A DNA stretch of 64,000 nucleotides from Kudoa neothunni (taxonomy: Eukaryota > Animalia > Cnidaria). The notes below the pieces were generated by a model that saw only the letters and a list, made by a program, of their open reading frames with translations, did no database searches and had not been told where the DNA came from. Each line of letters opens with the position of its first letter. Positions within the stretch are counted from its first letter, which is position 1. The stretch is taken from NCBI GenBank assembly GCA_964304625.1, contig OZ199839.1, forward strand, positions 1,314,221-1,378,220, given 5' to 3'. This document shows, piece by piece, positions 13,462 to 25,280 of the stretch. The translations under genes were made by a program, and so were the position numbers.

Positions 13462-15026
13462 TCACTTCTTTATTAAAGTAGACTATTAGGTACCGTATTT
13501 GAGCGAGATGTAAATTACATTTATTATACGGATGAATCAAACATCAATTGATTCATTATTTAATGCAGGATAACTTAAAATTTAATAAATATTAAATATT
13601 TTGCATTAGTTGTAATAATTTTCATTATAACATATATTAACCACACAACATAAATGACTTAAATTTAATTTCAAATTTTGATATTTATAAAATCATATAC
13701 AATGACCGAAGATTTATAATCTAGTTAATTTAGAACGAAGAACATTTATCTATTGTTCAAATTAATTAAAAATGTTTATCTTCAGAGATTATTACGATCA
13801 ATTCATTTTACATAGGATTAACGGCACTCAATAATGAGAAAATGATTTAGATTCAACTAATATTTTTAATTTAAATAGGAAATTTAATAATTGTGCAGGA
13901 TTAAATTTTAAAATTTATAGCAAATAAAATTAAGAATAATACTTTTTCAAAATATGTTTTAAATTTTATTTTATATATATTTTATTAGCCCTTTGGGTCC
14001 CAGCGTATACTTAAATATATACGATCAAATGTGGAATTCCCTAGACGCTCTCGTTTGACTATTCCATCTACAATAATTTCTGAACATTTTATTTAATTTA
14101 TTTTTTCAAAAACGATGTTACGTTATTACAGTAAACTTAAATCGGAAGATATTAATACAATTATTAAAATTGCATTGTTTTGAAAATAGGATAATTATCC
14201 ATGCGTTTGTTCCAAATTATAACACGCAGATACGTAAAAATATTTTTTTATAATAACAAAAATATTTTTTGGGTTGATTAAAACAAAGCGTAAGCTTTTA
14301 ACGAGATGCACATACAAATATGTTGTACTATTATTTATAAATAGGGCTCACACGTAACAGATTTGACCACACCTTAATCGTAACGTCGTTCAATTTAAAA
14401 ACTAAAATCTAGTTCTATGCAAGAAGCATTATTGTTTTACAAAATAATCATTTTTATGATTTAGACACAATCTCCGAACATGATAGTATCATTGTATTAT
14501 ACAAAAACAACGAGCTGGAGTCGCGGGAAAATATTCCAACCAGCAAATATGAACATTTTGAGGAGATAATAAAATTAAAACTTTTCGATAGAATATTTAT
14601 AGAGCTTTTTAAACGATTCATTGTTTGGCTTGATTTTCCGAGAAACCAAACCATGATCCGATCAGTGTGACTATTTTCTTCAGAACATAGGTAGTAGAGA
14701 TGAAAATATACATAGGTACTGTTATTTTAATGAGTATCGTTCGAAGGCTGAGAATTCCATTCTACTGGCAAACAAATAAAAATTGTCTCCTATTTCAAAT
14801 TTGTCTAAAAGTCGATGATTTGAACATTTACCAAATATATTCATTTCCATTACAACACCAAAATAAAAACCAGCCAACATTGGAAAACTTTGATAGTTTT
14901 GCAAAATAAGCCTTATTTTATCACTTATTATTTTTCATTTCATGGAATTTTACCGAATAGTAAGCATTTAGTAGGTCAAAAAATTATCTTTTTTTAAGGG
15001 GAAATTAACGTAAGGCAAAACATATC
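12686..15026. repeat. Near-perfect segmental duplication, copy B
   Basis: Matches 6071-8412; identity ends abruptly after GGCAAAACATATC. Confidence 0.95.
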
Positions 15027-15900
15027 TAAGTGCCGACATAATGGGCTTCATATATTTACAAGGATTGCAGTACCTAATTTGGTTTAATATTCAGTCAAAA
15101 AATGATAAACTTTAGCATGTACAAAAATTTAGTATGAATCCAGAGGGTCCCTTCAAATTATGTAAAATATTTCCTGTTGCATAAACATATCGAATATTAT
15201 TATAAGTGCCTCGTAAATTTACCTATTCAAACAATTATCGAAGAAATATTGATATTTCCTACCGGTAAAATTAAACAAAATCGGGTATACGATTGCTCTG
15301 TGTCATCTGATAGTTTGTCGAAAAGGAAAGATTGTGGTGCCATTGGGTGTGTCAAATACCCCAAGTATTGAGTTTTATTAAGTTGCCCGTTGCACGGGAT
15401 CTGTGGTTATCACACTTTCAACTATTTCGATTATTGAAGTTCCTAGCAAAACGCATAGATTTAACTACGCTGAAAACAAAGTGGTGAATAGTCACTACCT
15501 TTCTGTTGCAGCCGAATCGAACCAAAACATTGGTGTAGTAGACTTCTCGAATATGCCAAACCGAAGGTGTACAAAACTTAGCAAGTGGATATTTTATTTG
15601 GTCAGAAGTATTCTGATCTGGATTCCCAGTTATTTTACAAAAAAATATAATCCGAGGAAATTTGAAAGAAAAGATATTATTGATCTATTAGCATTCATTC
15701 ATTCAGGATGCTATTCTGTTGCACCTTTACAAAAATCGGCATGGAACCTTAAATGTGGTGAACATCGTTATACAAATGTTCTCCTCTAAATCTTTATATT
15801 AAAAAATTAAATTGTTCAAGAAAGTTTTTATAGATGTCATTGGATACGTCGCAGACGTATCTCCGAAAATAACAGTATTTAGAATTTATAGTCGGCAAGA
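13989..15900 (+). mobile_element. piggyBac (PGBD3-like) remnant, second copy with a different 3' continuation
   Basis: Same left end as 7374. Downstream NQNIGVVDFSNM...KWIFY resembles the YN..MGGVD...KW motif. Confidence 0.5.
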
Positions 15901-16731
15901 TTGATTAAATTGTATTAATGTGGACCTTAATTGATGCCAAATGAGAAATAGAGATTTTTATCACAATAAGAAAAATAAAATATTTGTCTATATTTCATTA
16001 TGGTTTCATTACAATATTATATAGTCGTATGACCAAATCTGTTCGGCGTGATCTTAGGGTATATTGAAATGTACATTGTAATAAAATACTTAATTATCCT
16101 TGCATAATTAATATTTTTGTACAAATCTTTATGTTTATGAAATCAATTAAACATATTTTTCACATACGGAACAAATTTTTGGATCGAAGGAGTAAATAAG
16201 AACTAATAGAATCCATTTGTAGCGATCGCATACAAATGTGCCTAATGACGCAATGACAGGAAGATATATGCTATTCTTAATCTAAAATAACCATTACATC
16301 TTTTTCAATAATTTAAAAACTCACAAGCAATAAAATGAACAATTATATTAAAAAATACAATTATTTATCAATTTAAATACAAAGTTACCTTGTATAAATA
16401 CATATATTTCAAAACATATTTTATTTTAAAAAATGTAAGAAATCTTCAATAACTCGTGTAATAAATAATTTTATATGATCTTAACGCATTGATATTGATC
16501 TAATATCAGATTAAGATTAAAAATATAAAAATACAAATAGCTTTAATTACTGTGTACGCTATCAAGACAATTAAATATTTGAGTTTGATTGCGAAAGTGT
16601 TTATTTTCATGTAGCAACCTTTTTATTTTATTTAGAAATTTTAAAAATAACTAAAAAATAGAACTAACATAAAATAGCGATTTAATAGATAAATGTGAAT
16701 TTGAATAAACTCAAAAAATATACTAATTAAT

Positions 16732-19700
16732 TTATATAAAAAATGTTGATATTGTTGAGTTGGTACTGGAATTCATCTTGTTGCAATATTCTTTAAGAAT
16801 TCTCGGATATTGATTCTACATAATCGATGAATAATAGAAAGTTACTTCATAAATATATACCTTAAGTTTCTTAATTAGAAGGTTTGTTTTATCGAAAATA
16901 TTTCCTTCAGAATACATAGATAATATCCCAAAAGAAAAGTCCATAATGATAGGCATTAGCTCACTATAATTGGAGGTTTTGTCAGACTCAAATTCTAGGA
17001 TGTCATTGAAAAGGGGAAATAAAAAATCAACAAAAATCTCAATTTTTATTGTTTCGGGATATGACACTAGAGTTTGGAACATTGAAGAAATAGCGTAAAC
17101 AATATGTTCGTTGTGATGTAGTAGCAAATTATGGACAGAATTCTGTAAAACATTTAGACAACTTTCAATGAAGCAGAAATTATATTCGATGACTTCTTGA
17201 TGAATGTATTCTGAATTATCACCTTCACCTTCACCCTCACATTTCATTATATTATCATAATGTTCACAAATAGACAGCGTAATAGCGTTGAATCTTTCTC
17301 CTAAGAACTTCATATCAGCCTCGTTCAGGGTATCTTGAAAGCCAGTTATAATGTAACATTTTGTAAAGGTTTCAATTATAGGACCTATGTTTTTAATTGG
17401 ACAGTTTTTCATGGTTTGTAAAAATTGATTTTTTAAACAGGTTATCCACATAAGTTTAGTTTTTTTGGAATCTCCAAATAGAATTCCACAATTTAAAAAT
17501 TGGTAACAACTTTTAAAAAGTTCATAATAAAGATATTCCATTCCTTCATGTTTTAAACTTTCACATGCAGTTTCAAGTAATGTTGGAACGTATAAAGCAA
17601 ATTCTTTGGCACCATTTTCCGATAACAATGACCCCAGTCGACAAACCAAATATATATTGGCGCGTTCTTGATTGCAATATCCAGTCGTTGATGTTTCTGG
17701 AAGAAAAATATACGAACACTCGTTGGAGATTTCTTCAGTATTTATCTCCAGACGTTTATTTGTTGAATCAAGGAACTTTATCAAAGAAGGAACGAGTTCA
17801 GGGAGTAAAATTTCGAGATAATTCGATTTGATTTCAGCCATTTTTAATAAAAAAGGTAAAAACACAGGCCATATACCTAAGTCATTTTGTCCCAAATTAT
17901 GCCTGCTTTTAAAACCTACCAGGTACCGCATGATTAACGGAACAATAGTTTCTAGATTCTCCGCTGAGAAGTTGGAAACAACTTTAGTCAGACAACGCAC
18001 GATACAATAGACAGATAATTTGTGAGCAGGGATGAAAAGAAGTTTATCCAGGATGTTAGAGAATTTTGTGATTATATCAGGCATATATAAACCAACCGTA
18101 TCTTCCATAAACCGATATGTACAAGATATATACTCACAAATAGGATTCATTAAGAATGAAACCAGTTTAATTTCGTCAGATTTGGAAGGAATTATGTCCA
18201 GCAAATCCAGAAACATTTGAGCGACTCTTTTAAGGGATATTTTGAAATCGATTGGATTTCCCCGTTCCAATATATAACTAATGTTGTAGATGGCTTCACA
18301 CTTAACAAACATAGAAGAATGATATTCAGCTTCGTCTAAGATAATATTCAATGCCGCCATTTGAAAAGTGTCATATCTTTTTCTGTTAAACACAGTTGAC
18401 AAGTTCCCAATTATTTTGATTATAGAATAAGAAATTTTAGAATTATTACTGCGAAAATGAGGAGAAACCATCCCCAAAAATACCCAAGGATCTTTTAAAA
18501 CTCTTCTTGGGTAATGACAGACTATTACGCTTAAAATTTCAACTGCAATATCAATTTGTTTCCAATTGGAAGAATTCAACAAATCAGCGACATGCTTAGA
18601 AAAAATAGGATAAGTGGTTTTATTTCCGAGGATACGAACAATGACTTCAAGGCATGGTGTAACAATGCTTACATCTGCAGTTGAATTTTCGCAAGTGAAG
18701 TTGTAATAATGCAGAAACCATTCTTCAGGATTGGAAGGATACAATTCTGTCTGAAAATGAATCACATTTTCGATGATGATATAAACATAACTTTGATAGT
18801 ATAATCTTACGCTCGTTGGAAAACGCAACATAAGAAGAGTTAAACAGTCGTAAACCTTTGACAACTTATTTTTGTCAATATTTTTGTCCTCGATAAATTT
18901 AACGATTTTTGATATCATTGTATTGACGTGACTTTTAAAAACCCTCTTCCATTGGAATAATAAATTATACATATAATCCATAAAATCCCAACCTTCCTTT
19001 GCAAATATCAGTTCTTCCATTGCATCTATCATTAGAGGAACTAATTTGGAAAATGATCGTACACAATAATTGGATTCAAAGATCAATGAAATTTCGGACA
19101 TAACTTTCATTGCCAGTACAGCGATCTAAATGTTAAATCATCAAACCAACTTTTATGCACATAAACGTTATCTACTACGTAATTTTTAATTTTAATACTT
19201 TAAAATTAAAAGTGTATGAGTAATAATGGAAATTATTTGTTACTTTGGGTGTATGTTGGAATTTTTTAAGGCATGCCGTACAAAATTTCCTATAATGGGA
19301 CACCTGATGCTTTTCCTTTGTACCAAACAAATCAGGGGAGTATCTATACTTGCTATAACTCTCAAAGGCAAAAATAAATTATCACATCAATAAGTTAGTT
19401 ATTGCTTCTGTAAGGCAGGGTTGTTGAATCGATACATAATGAATTGCCAATTCTGCAAGAAATTCCCATTTTTCTGTTCTTACTTTATTAACAATTTTTA
19501 TAAAGCTTGCAAAAACGGCTTCTATTTCTTTTTGGTGGGGTTCGTTTTCCTCCGATATTAGAGCATTTTCAATGTAGCGCTTGATTGCATTGAAACATAT
19601 ATCGGGAACGATATTCTCAGATTGTAGAAGTATAAGTGAAAATGTAAATTTCAATCTTGAAATTGCATCACTTTTTAACTAAAAAACGATAGTAATATTA

Positions 19701-19947
19701 TCTTATTTAATAAAATTCAGATACATCACAACTTTTTCTTGAGGTGAGCACAGTAAACAACAATTCAATCTTTCTCTCAATAGTGATAGTATTATAAATT
19801 TCCTAATAGTTATTTAAAGCTTAAATATTTGTCATTCCTTACTTCTGCCTTTTTAGCTGTAGTATTGTCATCTGATCTCAGTTCACTTAACGTTGAACAG
19901 AAAATACCCAGGTCGATTGAATCAAGATCATTATCCTCGTATTCCAT
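16732..19947 (-). CDS. Diverged importin-5-derived HEAT-repeat protein, paralog P1 (six exons, intact)
   Basis: Exon 1 MEYEDNDLDSIDLGIFCSTLSELRSDDNTTAKKAE aligns to importin-5 exon 1, and all five intron positions are shared. The 764-aa ORF aligns with 45969-48551 (FSKLVP, SNWK, SNNSKI.YS.I). Confidence 0.85.
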
Positions 19948-20216
19948 ATTATTCGATATCACGCTTATAAGTGCTATTCATTGAAATTCACTTATTCGAA
20001 CAAAATCAAAATGCGGATAAAGTACTCGTTTGTTTACAATAATTATTTACGACGATATTAAGAAGGTATTTATTGATAATGAGAAATAAATAATCGCTGC
20101 AATAAATTGTTTTTAATTTACATTTTACTTTTAATTTGAAATTTTTCTGATATAAATTATAAATTAAATTGCAATGGAGTAGTAGATTACACACCGCATA
20201 ATAATTCTTACATTTG

Positions 20217-20226
20217 GCGCATGCGC
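20217..20226. promoter_or_regulatory. NRF1-type palindrome GCGCATGCGC, ~270 bp upstream of P1
   Basis: Perfect GC-rich palindrome in very AT-rich upstream sequence. Confidence 0.3.
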
Positions 20227-21297
20227 GGTATATTTTTTATGTCTGTTTTATTAAATCTATTATTCAATAGATTACAAAAAATTAATTCATTTACATGTAA
20301 AATATTATTTTCAGTTTATCTGAGTTAACTAAATTAAATATAATTAGGCAATATAAAATTTGATAAAATATTAAGTTCCCTGATAATTTCTTGTCGTTGT
20401 TTAATGATAAATTAAATATATATCGTAGTAATTAAACATAAGAATATTTGTAAATTTTAATTAAATAAAATGGAAAGGTTTAATTAAAGCTTATGTAAAG
20501 AAAGATTGAAATAATAATATTATTATTATTATTTTAATTATTTATTATTTAAAATAATGTACAATAGGATTAATCATAAAAAAATTCTTAGGTGTGTTAG
20601 ATATATGAGAGAAAAAAATGAATACATTTTCTCAAACAAACTACAGAATGATCAACTAAGCAAAGATAACTAACGAATTTACAAATAGCAAATTATATAT
20701 GTTTTTACATTTTATCTTAATATTTATTTGAAACTAATTAATTCCTTTGAGGAAGAGACATTCAAGAATCTAGATTATAAATCAACATATAATATTTTTG
20801 AGCAAAGATGAAGATACCAATAGGAAATAATAATCTACTTCGTTTGTTTGATTATAAATTCAGAAACTGAGCAAAATTTAATTGAGAATTAATTAATCAC
20901 GTGGACATTGATTGTGTATTCTTTTATTTGAATAAAAGAGTAATGAAATAATTATCTTTTGATTTTCATAAAAATACTCTTGATTTTATGTAATGAAAAG
21001 ATATTAAAATATGTTTTCACGAAACTCAATTTGGTTAGTCCCAAACTACTCATAATTATATCAGTAAAAGTATTTATATGAGCCTTTGCGTAGATTTATA
21101 TATTAATATATATATATAATTAAATTTATTGAATGGTAATAATTAAAATTAAAAAAAATTTGATATATTTTAATAACACCGAACTAATTAGCTATAAAAT
21201 ATTTAAGTGATAATTCTAACAATATAACTAAACGTGATTTCTTTTTTGAAGTTTAATTGGGAAAAAGGCCAATCTGATGTAAGTAGTTTTGCGAAAA

Positions 21298-21366
21298 TCA
21301 TACAGGACCACTAATGCTACTGGTGCTAACAGAAGCAGACGCTGTAGCAGTAACGGTGGTGGTATC

Positions 21367-21410
<44 letters not shown>

Positions 21411-22859
21411 CAGCAGTACCAGTACCAGTACCAGCACCAGCAGCACCACCAGTACTACCACCAGCACCAGCAGCACCACCAGTACCAGGAGCTGAAGTTG
21501 TAGTTAATGGTGTTTCGCAAATAGCTTTACAGGTTTGAGCAGATTTAAAGTTATTCAAATTCATCTCTTTTCCATTAAATTGAAATGACTGGCAAGTTCC
21601 AGCGTTGTTGCCGGTTGCTACGTAGTAATATCGAGTTAATTCATACATATCCCCGTTGTTATACTCGCCAACTTTTGCCTGTTTACAAACTTCGACAGCA
21701 TTGAGATCACCAAGATGGGCAGCTAATTTATAATAGAATAAAATAAGATTAATAATATTATTGTTGTGAATTACTCGCAGGACAAAAGCTTGCACAGAGC
21801 TCAGCTGAACTAAAAATATTATATGAACCATCATCAATTTTGAAGGGGGTTTCCGGAGCTTTAGAAAGATATGGGAGACAAGCCTTTCTGTCTTTATGGA
21901 AATAAAAGTATTCTTTTATAGTATTGTCATCAGACGTAACTTTTGCTGTAGGTTGAACTTGATAAGGATTGGTTGCACTGCAAGCTGGGACAAGTTCAGC
22001 TATTTTTTGTTAACAAGCATTTATCGCACAATGGAATACTTATGCAATTTTCTACACAACTAGGCAACTCCTCGAAATATCCTCTTTTTGCATTTTCACC
22101 AACTGCAGCATAAACACACCTCTTTTTATCTTTATGTAGAACAACTCCCATTTTCGGGCTCGCAGTGTCCACTTCAGCTGCGAAGCCACAGTCAAATTTA
22201 TTAGGAGTCGGTGTTAGTGGGCTATCGTTATTACTATCAGGAATACCACCATTATTCTTATCTAATTTAAATTATTCTATAGAAATGAGATTCAAACTTA
22301 TACAATTGACATTACTTTGACAAGCATTTTTACATTCAATTTCGGACTCGAAATTATTTGCGTTCCCACCACATCCACTGTATTTGAACTCATGGCAAGA
22401 GTTAACAGCTTCGCTACCATCCACTTTAGCCCTTGAAAAGTACCACCTTGTTTGTCTTTTCTCCACTGGGACTTCACAAAGTCCATCTGATTTAGATTCC
22501 TCACACGCCTTTGATTTCTCCTCAGGCGTAAATGTAACTATTATCAACGTTATTAAAATATGGGATAATCACACTATACGGTGGTATTGACAAACCGCTT
22601 TTGACACAAAGTTATTAAAGTTTCCAAGGGAACCTTTATATTTAAATGGTTTGCATGTAGCGGTCTTTTTATCGACATACCATCTATCAACTACAGCTTT
22701 TTCTTGTTCAACTGAGCCCATCCATGAAGGGGGTTCCCCAGCATCAAAATCATAATTAGTCAGAGCCTTTTCTAGAATAATATTATGACGCAAAGATTGA
22801 TTTAATTTACCAGTCGATACGATTTCTAAACATAATAATAGAAATGATAACCAAAACAT
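21298..22859 (-). CDS. Secreted five-module Kunitz/BPTI-like protein, copy 3, with Gly/Ala/Thr-rich tail (about 444 aa)
   Basis: Exons 22859-22811, 22771-22580, 22537-22316, 22261-22040, 21999-21775, 21722-21298. Introns of 39, 42, 54, 40 and 52 nt, all GT-AG phase 1. Signal peptide MFWLSFLLLCLEIVST. Confidence 0.88.
21366..21490. repeat. Coding trinucleotide repeats: (TAG)n plus CAG/CAC-based repeats
   Basis: Encode poly-Thr and TGGAAGAG repeats in the copy-3 tail. Confidence 0.9.
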
Positions 22860-23803
22860 TACTTTCTGTAAATAATTAAACTATTTATTTCCGTGTAATT
22901 GCGAGATATGAATTACGCTTCATATTATCCGAAGGAATGTTGCATCAATCGATTCATCATTTGTAACAGAATAGCAAAAGTCATGTAATCACAAATAAAA
23001 ATTCGTTAAGTTTATTATATTTATTAGATTAAAAAGTTATTTCAACATGTACGAAAGTAAATCAATTTCGAAATGAACTAATTTTAGCATAATGGTTTTT
23101 ACCATGTAAGCCACAAACATTGATTCCATTTGAGTAGTTGGCAAAACATTGTTATTTCATTTCAAAAATTTTAAAACAGCAAAGAATTCAGATTTGCAAT
23201 TTTTTAGTATAACATCTCTAATGATAAAATAAACATATAAGTTAATTTTCACTTATAATTTATGAGTTATAAATAACCAAGACGATACACCAAATATATA
23301 TTGCTCAAAGGTTGGGTCGTTCAATCTTTAAGTTAAGTTGTGCTTTTCTTAATGTTTTCAACGATATTCGACTACATGGCTGAATTATAATTTTCACATA
23401 AACTCCCAATTAACGTTACTAACTAATATTATAGTTAAGAGTAATAATATTTATAAAAAATTGTTAAGAAAATAGTAAAATAAACTCTTTTACGATTTTT
23501 ATGTGTACAATATATTAAAGCCCAAATTTTAGGGCATATTATTAAATAAGTTAACCGAATATTATTTATTTTAATAGAATTAAGAGTATTCGTACAAAAT
23601 TCGGAGAAATAGAAATCTAAAACACCTAAATAATAAATTCCATAAAATAAGGAATTCTAACTCGGTACACTAAGCTAATCATTAATTTTTCCAAAAAATA
23701 CGGAATTTGAATTTAACATGTAAAATCATTCGAAAATTCAATGATTAAATTAGAAACAAAACTAAATTAAAATATTACATTAAATATGTAAATTGTTTTT
23801 ATA

Positions 23804-25125
23804 CGGTAGTGTATGATGCAACGCTGAAATTGGGGAGATGAAGATCGCTGCGTTGCATCCATTTTTGCGCTGGACACGTTCGAATAGCGCATGCGTTCGA
23901 TCAAAAATAACAGTTTTTAATCGGTAATATACTCAATAATAATTTACTACGAAGAAAATATTAACTTGCATACCTTTTGTTATTAAAATATCGTTCTATA
24001 TTTTTTGTTCTGAAAAAATTGTTCAAATGTTGAGTCAGCGTCAACCATTTTAAGGTCGGTTTATAATTGTCAAGCATTGACAAAATTTTATTTAGAAAGA
24101 GTTTTCTAACTTTTGCCCATTAATATAGTTACTCATGGTTTGATATAATAACTTGATCAAAAAAATCAGAATCATCATCAACCATGTCAAAATCAGGAAA
24201 ATCTGGTGTTGTCAAAATATCTGAGGTGTCGACTACGTTGCTTTCAAGAGTTTCATCAATAATATTTGTTAATTCTAATGATTTCTTCTCTTCAATCAGC
24301 TCAATTATGTAATGTTTAAATTGATCATCATCAGGAACATAATAGGAATCATCATTTAGTGGATTTTTAGAGAGGATAATTGATTTCCTAAAGCAATTAA
24401 CTATGGTTCCCGTTTTAATGTATTCCCATAATTTTATTGTCAAATGAATAACATCTAATACATTAGTTACCATGTAGCCACAACATTGAAAATCGGTCTG
24501 ATGTATGAATGTCGTAATTGGATTTATTTTGTGCAACATTTTAGAACTTTAACAATTCCATGATCCGGTGGCTGAAGCACACTGGTTATGTTCGAAGAAA
24601 AGTAGCAGTGTTACATTAGACAAATATTTTTTGGAGGTTTAATAAATAGTCGAGAAATAATAATGAAAATTTTCTTAGAAATAGTGAGTTTCCTATTCTA
24701 TTTTTCAAGAAAAGATACAAAAATGGAACTGGACATTAGACTTTTTTATTATCGTGCTATTTTATTGGCAAATTTTTCCATCGCTTGGAACTTTGCATCT
24801 TTAGTATATGATATAAATTAGTAAAACCTTATAATTTCAAGTTTTTTGGTAGTCTAAAGTGGTTTTGTTTCATTAAAATTGACGCTCCATCCATTATTTT
24901 TTGCCAAGTTCAGATTAAGCGCTGCGCTCGAGCCATTTTTGAGTTAGATTCATACAGTAAGTTTTCAACCCTAATATTTTGTTAAGAACCAATTATTTAT
25001 TGAAAAATGATCTATTTTGTATTAAAATATCTATTTAAATTTGAATTAAAACAAAATAAATAGTAAATAAGTAAATTTTTAAAAATTGCGTTGGAGCCAT
25101 ATTACGTACGACCCATACACTACTG
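23804..25125 (-). mobile_element. pogo/Tigger transposon remnant
   Basis: TIRs C(G/A)GTAGTGTATG at both ends, TA at left. Decayed TSVLQPPDHGIV and TIVNCFRKS motifs. Confidence 0.75.
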
Positions 25126-25280
25126 TGTTTCCTATTAAAAAATAAAAACTTTTTTCAGTCCTTTGAATGATATTTCAATATATTAAGTATTACGATATTT
25201 AGAACGTACAAAGAACTCAATAGTATCAAAAAATAATCTCAAAAATAGCAAAAATAGGCTTTGTAACTGAAATAATATTT

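Noticed and set aside
21228-21538. Poly-Leu, poly-Ser and poly-Val ORFs
   Set aside because: These are alternative frames or the antisense of the trinucleotide repeat in the Kunitz copy 3 tail.
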